Of a stretch of DNA of 64,000 nucleotides, positions 40,284-56,571 are shown piece after piece; the first letter of the stretch is position 1; the number at the start of each line of letters is the position of its first letter. The notes beneath the pieces are model-generated. The model saw nothing but the letters and a program-made list of their open reading frames with translations. It was not told where the DNA came from and searched no databases. A program made the translations under genes and the position numbers. Source of the stretch: Eledone cirrhosa (taxonomy: Eukaryota); contig OZ024743.1 in assembly GCA_964016885.1 (NCBI GenBank), positions 26,040,001 to 26,104,000 of the forward strand, given 5' to 3'.

Positions 40284-41068
40284 TGGATGGATCCAAATTG
40301 AAACTGGTTGGACCATTACTCATCAGAGTACTCGATACTTGGCGTAGTAAAATATGGTTACATTATAATGAGTCGGGACTCGACAGCCGAGCTCTTACCA
40401 TTTCAACAGCTACTTTCGGAGTCTGGAACGGCAAGAGCTCAGCCGTAGAGTCCCGACTCTTTATAATATATATATTTATATATATGCAAAAGGCATAGAG
40501 AAATAACAATGTAAACAACACAAAACAATGAGGAAATATATTATTACTTTTACGCTTGATATAGTAGAAAAAGAGTCTTAACGATTCGGACGCTAGTCCT
40601 TCATCAGAATACTCTTGAGGATAATGTATTAATTATATTTATATCTAACGTTTCAATTATATTTACATTCAATGTAATACTGCATAGTGTCTTAGTTCTC
40701 AATTTGAATGACAGCAACTCGTCTCAGGGAATGACCCACACGAGGTGGGTGGAGCTGTTGCAACAGGCGTCGTTGGCCTGTGTCCGGGGTCTTGCATTTA
40801 CCATTTTGCCCGTAGGACAGAGCCTAAACAGCAATCTAACTTAAGTGGACAATTTGGCAACCTCTACACTTCCCTCTTTCTTCCGTTTCTTAATAATCTT
40901 TGCTTATTCTCTCCCTTTCCCTTTCTAGAAAATATATCTGTTAAAATTGTAACAAGATAATCTATTTTTTAAAAATCATAGAATAATAGAAAACCATTGA
41001 TCACCTGGCAAGTAGATTTTAATTCTAAAACATTCATAATGTATTACGGGATTCAAAACTTAATAAGA

Positions 41069-41139
41069 TGCATCGGCCGGGAATCGAACCCGGGCCGCCC
41101 GCGTGGCAGGCGAGCATTCTACCACTGAACCACCGATGC
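41069..41139 (-). tRNA. tRNA-Gly(GCC)
   Basis: Identical to 24299. Confidence 0.97.
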
Positions 41140-41567
41140 TCACGGGGATGAGACATTAATTATATTCATATATAGCGTTACAATTATATCTGTATTGGGC
41201 GGTGGATTGGCTGTATGGGTAGAGGGTCGGACGCCATGCTTTGACGCATAGAGTTACGGCCCTTGCCAATCTGAGTTCAAATCACGCCGAGGTTAACTTT
41301 GCCGCCTTTCATCCTTACGGTGTCGATAAAATAAAGTACCAGTAATGCACTGTGTAATTGCTGGCATTGTGCCAAAAGTAGAAACAATTATATTTGCATT
41401 CAATGTGATATTGTAGAGAGACTTAGTTCTCGTTCTCTCTACAACATATATCTCGTTAACTATTTATTATAACACGTCTGATACAGGCAATAATTCACTT
41501 GAAAGCTTATCGCATCTCCCTATTACACTATATGTGTGTGTGTGTGTGTTAGTATACATATGAATAC

Positions 41568-41652
<85 letters not shown>

Positions 41653-41656
41653 CATA

Positions 41657-41706
<50 letters not shown>

Positions 41707-42599
41707 CAAAATTTAATTTCGTTTCGTTATTTGTTTTTATCGTCTCCGTTGAACCGGTACGTACTCACGCTCTATGCAAATTAGTCTGCCCACTACTAAT
41801 TTTCATAGAAAAAGCATATAACGATATGTGCTTTTACGATTCTCCAGGAAGGCCGGAAGATAGGTAAATATTGCTGATGAGTTGTAACAACAACGAAACT
41901 AGTTCAATATTCCTTGTCTGGCTTTCTGGAGAATAGAGGAAAGGTGTTTCCTCAAAAACCAGTATGACTCTAAAAACCGGTTTGTCTGTGTGTTTACATA
42001 CAGAATAGCTGGACACTCACAGTAAAGTGACCAGTGAAAAACTTGGTACATCTACATATGTATACGTGTGTGTATTCATATGCATACTAGTATTTCAGTA
42101 TACATATGTGGATGTACATTTTTAACTTAATTGTTTAAGCGTCAGTCATACAAAAGTGAGTTACAAACGAAACGCAATTCAATTTCGTTTCGTTATTTCT
42201 TTTTATCGTCTCCGTTGAACCTGGTACGTACTCACGCTCTATGCAAATTAGTCTGCCCACTACTAATTTTCATAGAAAAAGCATATAACGATATGTGCTT
42301 TTACGATTCTCCAGAAAGGCCGGAAGATTGGTAACTATTGCTGAAGAGTTGTAACAACAACGAAACTAGTTCAATATTCCTTGTCTGGCTTTCTGGAGAA
42401 TAGAGGAAAGGTGTTTCCTCAAAAACCAGTATGACTCTAAAAACCGGTTTGTCTGTGTGTTTACATACAGAATAGCTGGACACTCACAGTAAAGTGACCA
42501 GTGAAAAACTTGGTACATCTACATATGTATACGTGTGTGTATTCATATGCATACTAGTATTTCAGTATACATATGTGGATGTACATTTTTAACTTAATT

Positions 42600-42663
<64 letters not shown>

Positions 42664-43539
42664 ACTAGAGGTTGATTAACATATAAATATACATGAATAA
42701 TCACAGGAGATAATTTTTGCTCGCGTGTAACCACGCATAGCTAGTATAGGTCATATTTACCTTTAAGAGTAAATATTAAAGGTAAATATTACCTATACTA
42801 GCTATGCGTGGTTACACGCGAGCAAAAATTATCTCCTGTGATTATTCATGTATATTTATATGTTAATCAACCTCTAGTTATTATAATATGCTCGGATTTA
42901 TCTTTGAGCTTCCCAGGATTTATGGCGCATGCATTATGTCGTGGCACCCATGATTTCGATTTAGATTAAATTCATTTAATTCATTTTATCGTAATTTTGG
43001 ATTTAGATATATATATACGGCTCCTTAATTGTAGAGCCATTTCTGTTGAAGAGAATTTGACTGCTATTTCTAGTTGTCGAATACCTATTCACGCCACTGA
43101 AACGAAACCGCTATCTTGTGTGGACGCAACACGTGCTGGCGGCTAGTTGAAGATTTGAACTCACTCTGTAAGGACGAATAGCTAGAAATTATTAAACTTT
43201 CCTTGCTGACAATCCAATAATATCCACTATCCGTGACTTACAATCTGATTAATTGGTTAAATATATTTCTTTAATGGGATATATACAAGGAAAGGTTAAT
43301 CACTCTTAAAGGTAAATATTACCTATACTAGCTATGCGGGGTTACACGCGAGCAAAAATTATCTCCTGTGATTATTCATACATATTTATATGTTAATTAA
43401 CCTCTAGTTATTATAATATGCTCGGATTTATCTTTGAGCTTAACTTCCCAGGATTTATGGCGCATGCATTATGTCATGGCACCCATGATTTCGATTTCGA
43501 TGAAATTCATTTAATTCATTTTATCGTAATTTGGGATTT

Positions 43540-43646
<107 letters not shown>

Positions 43647-44078
43647 ATATGATGCTCCCTAAACGAGTGACACTTTCTTGCAGAATACATATTTGTTCCA
43701 ATAAAACAATGTATTCTATGAAAATATTTCACTGAAATAGAAGAAAATTCAACTACCAAGTGGATTTAAATTTTAATACAAATCTTTGCAAGAGGTAAAA
43801 GTAAATACATACTATACATTAGCCGAGAATGGAACACGGGTCGTACACGTGGAAAGCGACTATTCTACCATTGAACAATTCCATAGCTACTAGACACCAT
43901 CCCATATTACATTATATCATAGCCACTAAATATCACTACTTCGCCAATATATCATTATATCATAGCTACTACACACCACCACTACTACAACATACTACAT
44001 TATATCATAGCTACTACACACCACCACTACTACAACATACTACATTATATCATAGCTACTACACACCACCACTACCAC

Positions 44079-44816
44079 AGATGGATAATGATAGCCTGCA
44101 ATCGAGATTTCCCTGAGGCTCGGCCTCCGGAACTGCGAGCCACACAAATGTCGCTGCAGATCCACCGTAGACATTTTCGGCCTCCACTCGCAGTCCTGTC
44201 GCTACAAAGCCGGTCGCCTTTCACGCTATGTTGCCCTCATCGCGGTCATAAAGTATGGCTTGGATGCTGCAAGCTTCCCATCCCAGATCGAGCCGGCGGG
44301 ATGGACCGAGGAGACGACAATAGGTCTGATGGCATGACAATCTTCCCGTTCCGTGGTGGTATACCCCTTATCTGGAATGTCACATACAGCGATACATTCT
44401 CCAGCTGCAACCCAGGCGCTGGTGCACTTCAGGCCGAGGAGGGTTAACTCTCCAAATATCGCTCGCTCTCCGATAGATTTGCCGTCGAGCCTGTAGCAGT
44501 AGACATTTCTCATGTCCTCGACCCTAGGGCCACCTCCCTACTCATTACCACCGGCACAGAGTAGGATACCCGCAGAGGTGAGCCTCGCCAGCTGGAATGG
44601 CTCTTCCAGTGCATCTCTCACCAAATGTCCGGGCAAACGCCTTCTCTATTCTGTCCGCCGGAACCGCGGGTTGGCCATCCACCGGGGCGGCGGTGCAGCC
44701 AGCTCGTGGGCCCCCATTTGTTCATAATAGTGAGTGATGGGGAGAGCGGGAGAGACAGATCTAATAACAGTAGGAGTTTGGTTCCTTCGTGCTCAGACTT
44801 GATGCATATATATATG
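44079..44816 (+). mobile_element. CRE-type 3' fragment (unit 4)
   Basis: Copy of 27825-28562; preceded by one extra 45 bp minisatellite unit. Confidence 0.85.
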
Positions 44817-45439
44817 TTTCACGGGAACACACTCACACTGAAAACAATATCACAAATCATTTAACATTAATGATATAAGGGAAGAATTCAAACTATCTTG
44901 AATATTGATGCATCAAAAGACAATCAAAAGGGAGAATGGATGACCATCAAGAGGAAGAAACTGATGTACGTGTGTTTCTGTTACAGATTGAAGTCATATC
45001 ATGTATATTAATTCGTTTTGCATTTAGTATGATATTGAGAAATGTAATAGTTCTCATTTGAAATGACTGCAGCTCGTCTGAAGAAGGATCCCCACAAGGT
45101 GGGGTGGCTGTTGTAACAGCTCTCACTAACCATTGTCCGTGGTCTTGCATTTTCCATTTTGTCCGCTACATTTACCTTTGCCATTTAATCCGTGGAGCAG
45201 AGCCGAACAACAATCTGAATTATGTGTACAGTTTGTCACCCTCTAGCCTTGCCTTTTCTTTAGATTCTTGATAATCCTTACTCTTTCTCTCCTTTTCCTA
45301 TAACAGAATATATACTTGTTAAATTTGTAAAATTTAATAATGTTACGTATAAAAGTAACATTGAAATAGTATATGGTATCAAGTGGATCTAAATTTTAAA
45401 GCAATAACATCGATTAATGAGGATTAAAACTTAATAAAA

Positions 45440-45510
45440 TGCATCGGCCGGGAATCGAACCCGGGCCGCCCGCGTGGCAGGCGAGCATTCTACCACTGAA
45501 CCACCGATGC
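45440..45510 (-). tRNA. tRNA-Gly(GCC)
   Basis: Identical to 24299. Confidence 0.97.
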
Positions 45511-45690
45511 TCACGGGAATGCGATTTTATTATATTCCTATCTAGCGCTACAATTATATTTGCATTCAATGTGATATTGCAGAAAGACTCGGTTCTCATT
45601 CTGTCTACAACATATGTCTTGGCTAATTATTGTAACACGTCAGATACAGGGAATAATTCCCTGGAGACATATAGCATCTCACTATTACAC

Positions 45691-45845
<155 letters not shown>

Positions 45846-46630
45846 TGGATGGATCCAAATTGAAACTGGTTGGACCATTACTCATCAGAGTACTCGATAC
45901 TTGGCGTAGTAAAATATGGTTACATTATAATGAGTCGGGACTCGACAGCCGAGCTCTTGCCATTTCAACAGCTACTTTCGGAGTCTGGAACGGCAAGAGC
46001 TCAGCCGTAGAGTCCCGACACTTTATAATATATATATTTATATATATGCAAAAGGCATAGAGAAATAACAATGTAAACAACACAAAACAATGAGGAAATA
46101 TATTATTACTTTTACGCTTGATATAGTAGAAAAAGAGTCTTAACGATTCGGACGCTAGTCCTTCATCAGAATACTCTTGAGGATAATGTATTAATTATAT
46201 TTATATCTAACGTTTCAATTATATTTACATTCAATGTAATACTGCATAGTGTCTTAGTTCTCAATTTGAATGACAGCAACTCGTCTCAGGGAATGACCCA
46301 CACGAGGTGGGGGGAGCTGTTGCAACAGGCGTCGTTGGCCTGTGTCCGGGGTCTTGCATTTACCATTTTGCCCGTAGGACAGAGCCTAAACAGCAATCTA
46401 ACTTAAGTGGACAATTTGGCAACCTCTACACTTCCCTCTTTCTTCCGTTTCTTAATAATCTTTGCTTATTCTCTCCCTTTCCCTTTCTAGAAAATATATC
46501 TGTTAAAATTGTAACAAGATAATCTATTTTTTTAAAATCATAGAATAATAGAAAACCATTGATCACCTGGCAAGTAGATTTTAATTCTAAAACATTCATA
46601 ATGTATTACGGGATTCAAAACTTAATAAGA

Positions 46631-46701
46631 TGCATCGGCCGGGAATCGAACCCGGGCCGCCCGCGTGGCAGGCGAGCATTCTACCACTGAACCACCGATG
46701 C
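46631..46701 (-). tRNA. tRNA-Gly(GCC)
   Basis: Identical to 24299. Confidence 0.97.
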
Positions 46702-47141
46702 TCACGGGGATGAGACATTAATTATATTCATATATAGCGTTACAATTATATCTGTATTGGGCGGTGGATTGGCTGTATGGGTAGAGGGTCGGACGCCATG
46801 CTTTGACGCATAGAGTTACGGCCCTTGCCAATCTGAGTTCAAATCACGCCGAGGTTAACTTTGCCGCCTTTCATCCTTACGGTGTCGATAAAATAAAGTA
46901 CCAGTAATGCACTGTGTAATTGCTGGCATTGTGCCAAAAGTAGAAACAATTATATTTGCATTCAATGTGATATTGTAGAGAGACTTAGTTCTCGTTCTCT
47001 CTACAACATATATCTCGTTAACTATTTATTATAACACGTCTGATACAGGCAATAATTCACTTGAAAGCTTATCGCATCTCCCTATTACACTATATGTGTG
47101 TGTGTGTGTGAGTATACATATGAATACATATATATATATAC

Positions 47142-47190
<49 letters not shown>

Positions 47191-47194
47191 CATA

Positions 47195-47233
<39 letters not shown>

Positions 47234-47658
47234 AAAATTTAATTTCGTTTCGTTATTTGTTTTTATCGTCTCCGTTGGACCGGTACGTACTCACGCTCTA
47301 TGCAAATTAGTCTGCCCACTACTAATTTTCATAGAAAAAGCATATAACGATATGTGCTTTTACGATTCTCCAGAAAGGCCGGAAGATAGGTAACTATTGC
47401 TGATGAGTTGTAACAACAACGAAACTAGTTCAATATCCCTTGTCTGGCTTTATGGAGAATAGAGGAAAGGTGTTTCCTCAAAAACCAGTATGACTCTAAA
47501 AACCGGTTTGTCTGTGTGTTTACATACAGAATAGCTGGACACTCACAGTAAAGTGACCAGTGAAAAACTTGGTACATCTACATATGTATACGTGTGTGTA
47601 TTCATGTGCATACTAGTATTTCAGTATACATATGTGGATGTACATTTTTAACTTAATT

Positions 47659-47694
<36 letters not shown>

Positions 47695-48571
47695 ACTAGA
47701 GGTTGATTAACATATAAATATACATGAATAATCACAGGAGATAATTTTTGCTCGCGTGTAACCACGCATAGCTAGTATAGGTAATATTTACCTTTACGAG
47801 TAAATATTAAAGGTAAATATTACCTATACTAGCTATGCGTGGTTACACGCGAGCAAAAATTATCTCCTGTGATTATTCATGTATATTTATATGTTAATCA
47901 ACCTCTAGTTATTATAATATGCTCGGATTTATCTTTGAGCTTAAATTCCCAGGATTTATGGCGCATGCCTTATGTCGTGACACTCATGATTTCGATTTAG
48001 ATTAAATTCATTTAATTCATTTTATCGTAATTTTGGATTTAGATATATATATACGGCTCCTTAATTGTAGAGCTATTTCTGTTGAAGAGAATTTGACTGC
48101 TATTTCTAGTTGTCGAATACCTATTCACGCCACTGAAACGAAACCGCTATCTTGTGTGGACGCAACACGTGCTGGCGGCTAGTTGAAGATTTGAACTCAC
48201 TCTGTAAGGACGAATAGCTAGAAATTATTAAACTTTCCTTGCTGACAATCCAATAATATCCACTATCCGTGACTTACAATCTGATTAATTGGTTAAATAT
48301 ATTTCTTTAATGGGATATATACAAGGAAAGGTTAATCACTCTTAAAGGTAAATATTACCTATACTAGCTATGCGGGGTTACACGCGAGCAAAAATTATCT
48401 CCTGTGATTATTCATATATATTTATATGTTAATTAACCTCTAGTTATTATAATATGCTCGGATTTATCTTTGAGCTTAACTTCCCAGGATTTATGGCGCA
48501 TGCATTATGTCATGGCACCCATGATTTCGATTTCGATTAAATTCATTTAATTCATTTTATCGTAATTTGGG

Positions 48572-48678
<107 letters not shown>

Positions 48679-49065
48679 ATATGATGCTCCCTAAACGAGT
48701 GACACTTTCTTGCAGAATACATATTTGTTCCAATAAAACAATGTATTCTATGAAAATATTTCACTGAAATAGAAGAAAATTCAACTACCAAGTGGATTTA
48801 AATTTTAATACAAATCTTTGCAAGAGGTAAAAGTAAATACATACTATACATTAGCCGAGAATGGAACACGGGTCGTACACGTGGAAAGCGACTATTCTAC
48901 CATTGAACAACTCCATACCTACTAGACACCATCCCATATTACATTATATCATAGCCACTAAATATCACTACTTCCCCAATATATCATTATATCATAGCTA
49001 CTACACACCACCACTACTACAACATACTACATTATATCATAGCTACTACACACCACCACCACCAC

Positions 49066-49803
49066 AGATGGTTAATGATAGCCTGCAATCGAGATTTCCC
49101 TGAGGCTCGGCCTCCGGAACTGCGAGCCACACAAATGTCGCTGCAGATCCACCGTAGACATTTTCGGCCTCCACTCGCAGTCCTGTCGCTACAAAGCCGG
49201 TCGCCTTTCACGCTATGTTGCCCTCATCGCGGTCATAAAGTATGGCTTGGATGCTGCAAGCTTCCCCTCCCAGATCGAGCCGGCGGGATGGACCGAGGAG
49301 ACGACAATAGGTCAGATGGCATGACAATCTTCCCGTTCCGTGGTGGTATACCCCTTATCTGGAATGTCACATACAGCGATACATTCTCCAGCTGCAACCC
49401 AGGCGCTGGTGCACTTCAGGCCGAGGAGGGTTAACTCTCCAAATATCGCTCGCTCTCCGATAGATTTGCCGTCGAGCCTGTAGCAGTAGACATTTCTCAT
49501 GTCCTCGACCCTAGGGCCACCTCCCTACTCATTACCACCGGCACAGAGTAGGATACCCGCAGAGGTGAGCCTCGCCAGCTGGAATGGCTCTTCCAGTGCA
49601 TCTCTCACCAAATGTCCGGGCAAACGCCTTCTCTATTCTGTCCGCCGGAACCGCGGGTTGGCCATCCACCGGGGCGGCGGTGCAGCCAGCTCGTGGGCCC
49701 CCATTTGTTCATAATAGTGAGTGGTGGGGAGAGCGGGAGAGACAGAGCTAATAACAGTAGGAGTTTGGTTCCTTCGTGCTCAGACTTGATGCATATATAT
49801 ATG
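49066..49803 (+). mobile_element. CRE-type 3' fragment (unit 5)
   Basis: Copy of 27825-28562. Confidence 0.85.
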
Positions 49804-50426
49804 TTTCACGGGAACACACTCACACTGAAAACAATATCACAAATCATTTAACATTAATGATATAAGGGAAGAATTCAAACTATCTTGAATATTGATGCAT
49901 CAAAAGACAATCAAAAGGGAGAATGGATGACCATCAAGAGGAAGAAACTGATGTACGTGTGTTTCTGTTACAGATTGAAGTCATATCATGTATATTAATT
50001 CGTTTTGCATTTAGTATGATATTGAGAAATGTAATAGTTCTCATTTGAAATGACTGCAGCTCGTCTGAAGAAGGATCCCCACAAGGTGGGGTGGCTGTTG
50101 TAACAGCTCTCACTAACCATTGTCCGTGGTCTTGCATTTTCCATTTTGTCCGCTACATTTACCTTTGCCATTTAATCCGTGGAGCAGAGCCGAACAACAA
50201 TCTGAATTATGTGTACAGTTTGTCACCCTCTAGCCTTGCCTTTTCTTTAGATTCTTGATAATCCTTACTCTTTCTCTCCTTTTCCTATAACAGAATATAT
50301 ACTTGTTAAATTTGTAAAATTTAATAATGTTACGTATAAAAGTAACATTGAAATAGTATATGGTATCAAGTGGATCTAAATTTTAAAGCAATAACATCGA
50401 TTAATGAGGATTAAAACTTAATAAAA

Positions 50427-50497
50427 TGCATCGGCCGGGAATCGAACCCGGGCCGCCCGCGTGGCAGGCGAGCATTCTACCACTGAACCACCGATGC
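50427..50497 (-). tRNA. tRNA-Gly(GCC)
   Basis: Identical to 24299. Confidence 0.97.
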
Positions 50498-50674
50498 TCA
50501 CGGGAATGCGATTTTATTATATTCCTATCTAGCGCTACAATTATATTTGCATTCAATGTGATATTGCAGAAAGACTCGGTTCTCATTCTGTCTACAACAT
50601 ATGTCTTGGCTAATTATTGTAACACGTCAGATACAGGGAATAATTCCCTGGAGACATATAGCATCTCACTATTA

Positions 50675-50748
<74 letters not shown>

Positions 50749-51533
50749 TGGATGGATCCAAATTGAAACTGGTTGGACCATTACTCATCAGAGTACTCGA
50801 TACTTGGCGTAGTAAAATATGGTTACATTATAATGAGTCGGGACTCGACAGCCGAGCTCTTGCCATTTCAACAGCTACTTTCGGAGTCTGGAACGGCAAG
50901 AGCTCAGCCGTAGAGTCCCGACACTTTATAATATATATATTTATATATATGCAAAAGGCATAGAGAAATAACAATGTAAACAACACAAAACAATGAGGAA
51001 ATATATTATTACTTTTACGCTTGATATAGTAGAAAAAGAGTCTTAACGATTCGGACGCTAGTCCTTCATCAGAATACTCTTGAGGATAATGTATTAATTA
51101 TATTTATATCTAACGTTTCAATTATATTTACATTCAATGTAATACTGCATAGTGTCTTAGTTCTCAATTTGAATGACAGCAACTCGTCTCAGGGAATGAC
51201 CCACACGAGGTGGGGGGAGCTGTTGCAACAGGCGTCGTTGGCCTGTGTCCGGGGTCTTGCATTTACCATTTTGCCCGTAGGACAGAGCCTAAACAGCAAT
51301 CTAACTTAAGTGGACAATTTGGCAACCTCTACACTTCCCTCTTTCTTCCGTTTCTTAATAATCTTTGCTTATTCTCTCCCTTTCCCTTTCTAGAAAATAT
51401 ATCTGTTAAAATTGTAACAAGATAATCTATTTTTTTTAAATCATAGAATAATAGAAAACCATTGATCACCTGGCAAGTAGATTTTAATTCTAAAACATTC
51501 ATAATGTATTACGGGATTCAAAACTTAATAAGA

Positions 51534-51604
51534 TGCATCGGCCGGGAATCGAACCCGGGCCGCCCGCGTGGCAGGCGAGCATTCTACCACTGAACCACCG
51601 ATGC
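51534..51604 (-). tRNA. tRNA-Gly(GCC)
   Basis: Identical to 24299. Confidence 0.97.
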
Positions 51605-52046
51605 TCACGGGGATGAGACATTAATTATATTCATATATAGCGTTACAATTATATCTGTATTGGGCGGTGGATTGGCTGTATGGGTAGAGGGTCGGACGCC
51701 ATGCTTTGACGCATAGAGTTACGGCCCTTGCCAATCTGAGTTCAAATCACGCCGAGGTTAACTTTGCCGCCTTTCATCCTTACGGTGTCGATAAAATAAA
51801 GTACCAGTAATGCACTGTGTAATTGCTGGCATTGTGCCAAAAGTAGAAACAATTATATTTGCATTCAATGTGATATTGTAGAGAGACTTAGTTCTCGTTC
51901 TCTCTACAACATATATCTCGTTAACTATTTATTATAACACGTCTGATACAGGCAATAATTCACTTGAAAGCTTATCGCATCTCCCTATTACACTATATGT
52001 GTGTGTGTGTGTGAGTATACATATGAATACATATATATATATATAC

Positions 52047-52095
<49 letters not shown>

Positions 52096-52099
52096 CATA

Positions 52100-52138
<39 letters not shown>

Positions 52139-52563
52139 AAAATTTAATTTCGTTTCGTTATTTGTTTTTATCGTCTCCGTTGAACCGGTACGTACTCACG
52201 CTCTATGCAAATTAGTCTGCCCACTACTAATTTTCATAGAAAAAGCATATAACGATATGTGCTTTTACGATTCTCCAGAAAGGCCGGAAGATAGGTAACT
52301 ATTGCTGATGAGTTGTAACAACAACGAAACTAGTTCAATATCCCTTGTCTGGCTTTATGGAGAATAGAGGAAAGGTGTTTCCTCAAAAACCAGTATGACT
52401 CTAAAAACCGGTTTGTCTGTGTGTTTACATACAGAATAGCTGGACACTCACAGTAAAGTGACCAGTGAAAAACTTGGTACATCTACATATGTATACGTGT
52501 GTGTATTCATGTGCATACTAGTATTTCAGTATACATATGTGGATGTACATTTTTAACTTAATT

Positions 52564-52597
<34 letters not shown>

Positions 52598-53474
52598 ACT
52601 AGAGGTTGATTAACATATAAATATACATGAATAATCACAGGAGATAATTTTTGCTCGCGTGTAACCACGCATAGCTAGTATAGGTAATATTTACCTTTAC
52701 GAGTAAATATTAAAGGTAAATATTACCTATACTAGCTATGCGTGGTTACACGCGAGCAAAAATTATCTCCTGTGATTATTCATGTATATTTATATGTTAA
52801 TCAACCTCTAGTTATTATAATATGCTCGGATTTATCTTTGAGCTTAAATTCCCAGGATTTATGGCGCATGCCTTATGTCGTGGCACTCATGATTTCGATT
52901 TAGATTAAATTCATTTAATTCATTTTATCGTAATTTTGGATTTAGATATATATATACGGCTCCTTAATTGTAGAGCTATTTCTGTTGAAGAGAATTTGAC
53001 TGCTATTTCTAGTTGTCGAATACCTATTCACGCCACTGAAACGAAACCGCTATCTTGTGTGGACGCAACACGTGCTGGCGGCTAGTTGAAGATTTGAACT
53101 CACTCTGTAAGGACGAATAGCTAGAAATTATTAAACTTTCCTTGCTGACAATCCAATAATATCCACTATCCGTGACTTACAATCTGATTAATTGGTTAAA
53201 TATATTTCTTTAATGGGATATATACAAGGAAAGGTTAATCACTCTTAAAGGTAAATATTACCTATACTAGCTATGCGGGGTTACACGCGAGCAAAAATTA
53301 TCTCCTGTGATTATTCATATATATTTATATGTTAATTAACCTCTAGTTATTATAATATGCTCGGATTTATCTTTGAGCTTAACTTCCCAGGATTTATGGC
53401 GCATGCATTATGTCATGGCACCCATGATTTCGATTTCGATTAAATTCATTTAATTCATTTTATCGTAATTTTGG

Positions 53475-53547
<73 letters not shown>

Positions 53548-53930
53548 GATGCTCCCTAAACGAGTGACACTTTCTTGCAGAATACATATTTGTTCCAATA
53601 AAACAATGTATTCTATGAAAATATTTCACTGAAATAGAAGAAAATTCAACTACCAAGTGGATTTAAATTTTAATACAAATCTTTGCAAGAGGTAAAAGTA
53701 AATACATACTATACATTAGCCGAGAATGGAACACGGGTCGTACACGTGGAAAGCGACTATTCTACCATTGAACAACTCCATACCTACTAGACACCATCCC
53801 ATATTACATTATATCATAGCCACTAAATATCACTACTTCCCCAATATATCATTATATCATAGCTACTACACACCACCACTACTACAACATACTACATTAT
53901 ATCATAGCTACTACACACCACCACCACCAC

Positions 53931-54668
53931 AGATGGTTAATGATAGCCTGCAATCGAGATTTCCCTGAGGCTCGGCCTCCGGAACTGCGAGCCACACAAA
54001 TGTCGCTGCAGATCCACCGTAGACATTTTCGGCCTCCACTCGCAGTCCTGTCGCTACAAAGCCGGTCGCCTTTCACGCTATGTTGCCCTCATCGCGGTCA
54101 TAAAGTATGGCTTGGATGCTGCAAGCTTCCCCTCCCAGATCGAGCCGGCGGGATGGACCGAGGAGACGACAATAGGTCAGATGGCATGACAATCTTCCCG
54201 TTCCGTGGTGGTATACCCCTTATCTGGAATGTCACATACAGCGATACATTCTCCAGCTGCAACCCAGGCGCTGGTGCACTTCAGGCCGAGGAGGGTTAAC
54301 TCTCCAAATATCGCTCGCTCTCCGATAGATTTGCCGTCGAGCCTGTAGCAGTAGACATTTCTCATGTCCTCGACCCTAGAGCCACCTCCCTACTCATTAC
54401 CACCGGCACAGAGTAGGCTACCCGCAGATGTGAGCTTCGCCAGCTGGAATGGCTCTTCCAGTGCATCTCTCACCAAATGTCCGGGCAAACGCCTTCTCTA
54501 TTCTGTCCGCCGGAGCCGCGGGTTGGCCATCCACCGGGGCGGCGGGGCAGCCAGCTCGTGCGCCCCCATTTGTTCATAATAGTCAGTGATGGGGAGAGTG
54601 GGAGAGACAGAGCTAATAACAGTAGGAGTTTGGTTCCTTTGTGCTCAGACTTGATGCATATATATATG
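53931..54668 (+). mobile_element. CRE-type 3' fragment (unit 6)
   Basis: Copy of 27825-28562, with several private substitutions in its distal half. Confidence 0.85.
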
Positions 54669-55292
54669 TTTCACGGGAACACACTCACACTGAAAACAAT
54701 ATCACAAATCATTTAACATTAATGATATAAGGGAAGAATTCAAACTATCTTGAATATTGATGCAACAAAAGACAATCAAAAGGGAGAATGGATGACCATC
54801 AAGAGGAAGAAACTGATGTACGTGTGTTTCTGTTACAGATTGAAGTCATATCATGTATATTAATTCGTTTTGCATTTAGTATGATATTGAGAAATGTAAT
54901 AGTTCTCATTTGAAATGACTGCAGCTCGTCTGAAGAAGGATCCCCACAAGGTGGGGTGGCTGTTGTAACAGCTCTCACTAACCATTGTCCGTGGTCTTGC
55001 ATTTTCCATTTTGTCCGCTACATTTACCTTTGCCATTTAATCCGTGGAGCAGAGCCGAACAACAATCTGAATTATGTGTACAGTTTGTCACCCTCTAGCC
55101 TTGCCTTTTCTTTAGATTCTTGATAATCCTTACTCTTTCTCTCCTTTTCCTATAACAGAATATATACTTGTTAAATTTGTAAAATTTAATAATGTTACGT
55201 ATAAAAGTAACATTGAAATAGTATATGGTATCAAGTGGATCTAAATTTTAAAGCAATAACATCGATTAATGAGGATTAAAACTTAATAAAAA

Positions 55293-55363
55293 TGCATCGG
55301 CCGGGAATCGAACCCGGGCCGCCCGCGTGGCAGGCGAGCATTCTACCACTGAACCACCGATGC
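55293..55363 (-). tRNA. tRNA-Gly(GCC)
   Basis: Identical to 24299. Confidence 0.97.
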
Positions 55364-56500
55364 TCACGAGAATGCGATTTTATTATATTCCTATCTAGCG
55401 CTACAATTATATTTGCATTCAATGTGATATTGCAGAAAGACTCGGTTCTCATTCTGTCTACAACATATATATATATATACAGTTGGGGGAGCTGTTGCAA
55501 CAAGCGTCGTTGGCCTGTGTCCGGGGTCTTGCATTTACCATTTTGCCCGTAGCATATCTAAACAGCAATCTAACTTAAGTGGACAATTTGGCAACCTCTA
55601 CACTTCCCTCTTTCTTCCGTTTCTTAATAATCTTTGCTTAAAATATGGTTACATTATAATGAGTCGGGACCCGACAGCCGAGCTCTTACCGTTTCAACAG
55701 CTACTTTCGGAGTCTGGAACGGCAAGAGCTCAGCCGTAGAGTCCCGACTCTTTATAATATATATATTTATATATATGCAAAAGGCAAAGAGAAATAACAA
55801 TGTAAACAACACAAAACAATGAGGAAATATATTATTACTTTTACGCTTGATATAGTAGAAAAAGAGTCTTAACGATTCGGACGCTAGTCCTTCATCAGAA
55901 TACTCTTGAGGATAATGTATTAATTATATTTATATCTAACGTTTCAATTATATTTACATTCAATGTAATACTGCATAGTGTCTTAGTTCTCAATTTGAAT
56001 GACAGCAACTCGTCTCAGGGAATGACCCACACGAGGTGGGGGGAGCTGTTGCAACAGGCGTCGTTGGCCTGTGTCCGGGGTCTTGCATTTACCATTTTGC
56101 CCGTAGGACAGAGCCTAAACAGCAATCTAACTTAAGTGGACAATTTGGCAACCTCTACACTTCCCTCTTTCTTCCGTTTCTTAATAATCTTTGCTTATTC
56201 TCTCCCTTTCCCTTTCTAGAAAATATATCTGTTAAAATTGTAACAAGATAATCTATTTTTAAAAATCATAGAATATTAGAAAACCATTGTTCGACTGGTA
56301 AGTTGATTTTAATTGAACCACCCTAATAATCTTTGCTTATTAACCCCTTTACCTTTTCTAGAAAATATATCTGTTAAAATTGTAACAAGATAATTTATTT
56401 TTTTAAATCATAGAATATTAGAAAACCATTGATCACCTGGCAAGAAGATTTTAATTCTAAAACATTCATAATGTATTACGGGAATCAAAACTTAATAAGA

Positions 56501-56571
56501 TGCATCGGCCGGGAATCGAACCCGGGCCGCCCGCGTGGCAGGCGAGCATTCTACCACTGAACCACCGATGC
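56501..56571 (-). tRNA. tRNA-Gly(GCC)
   Basis: Identical to 24299. Confidence 0.97.
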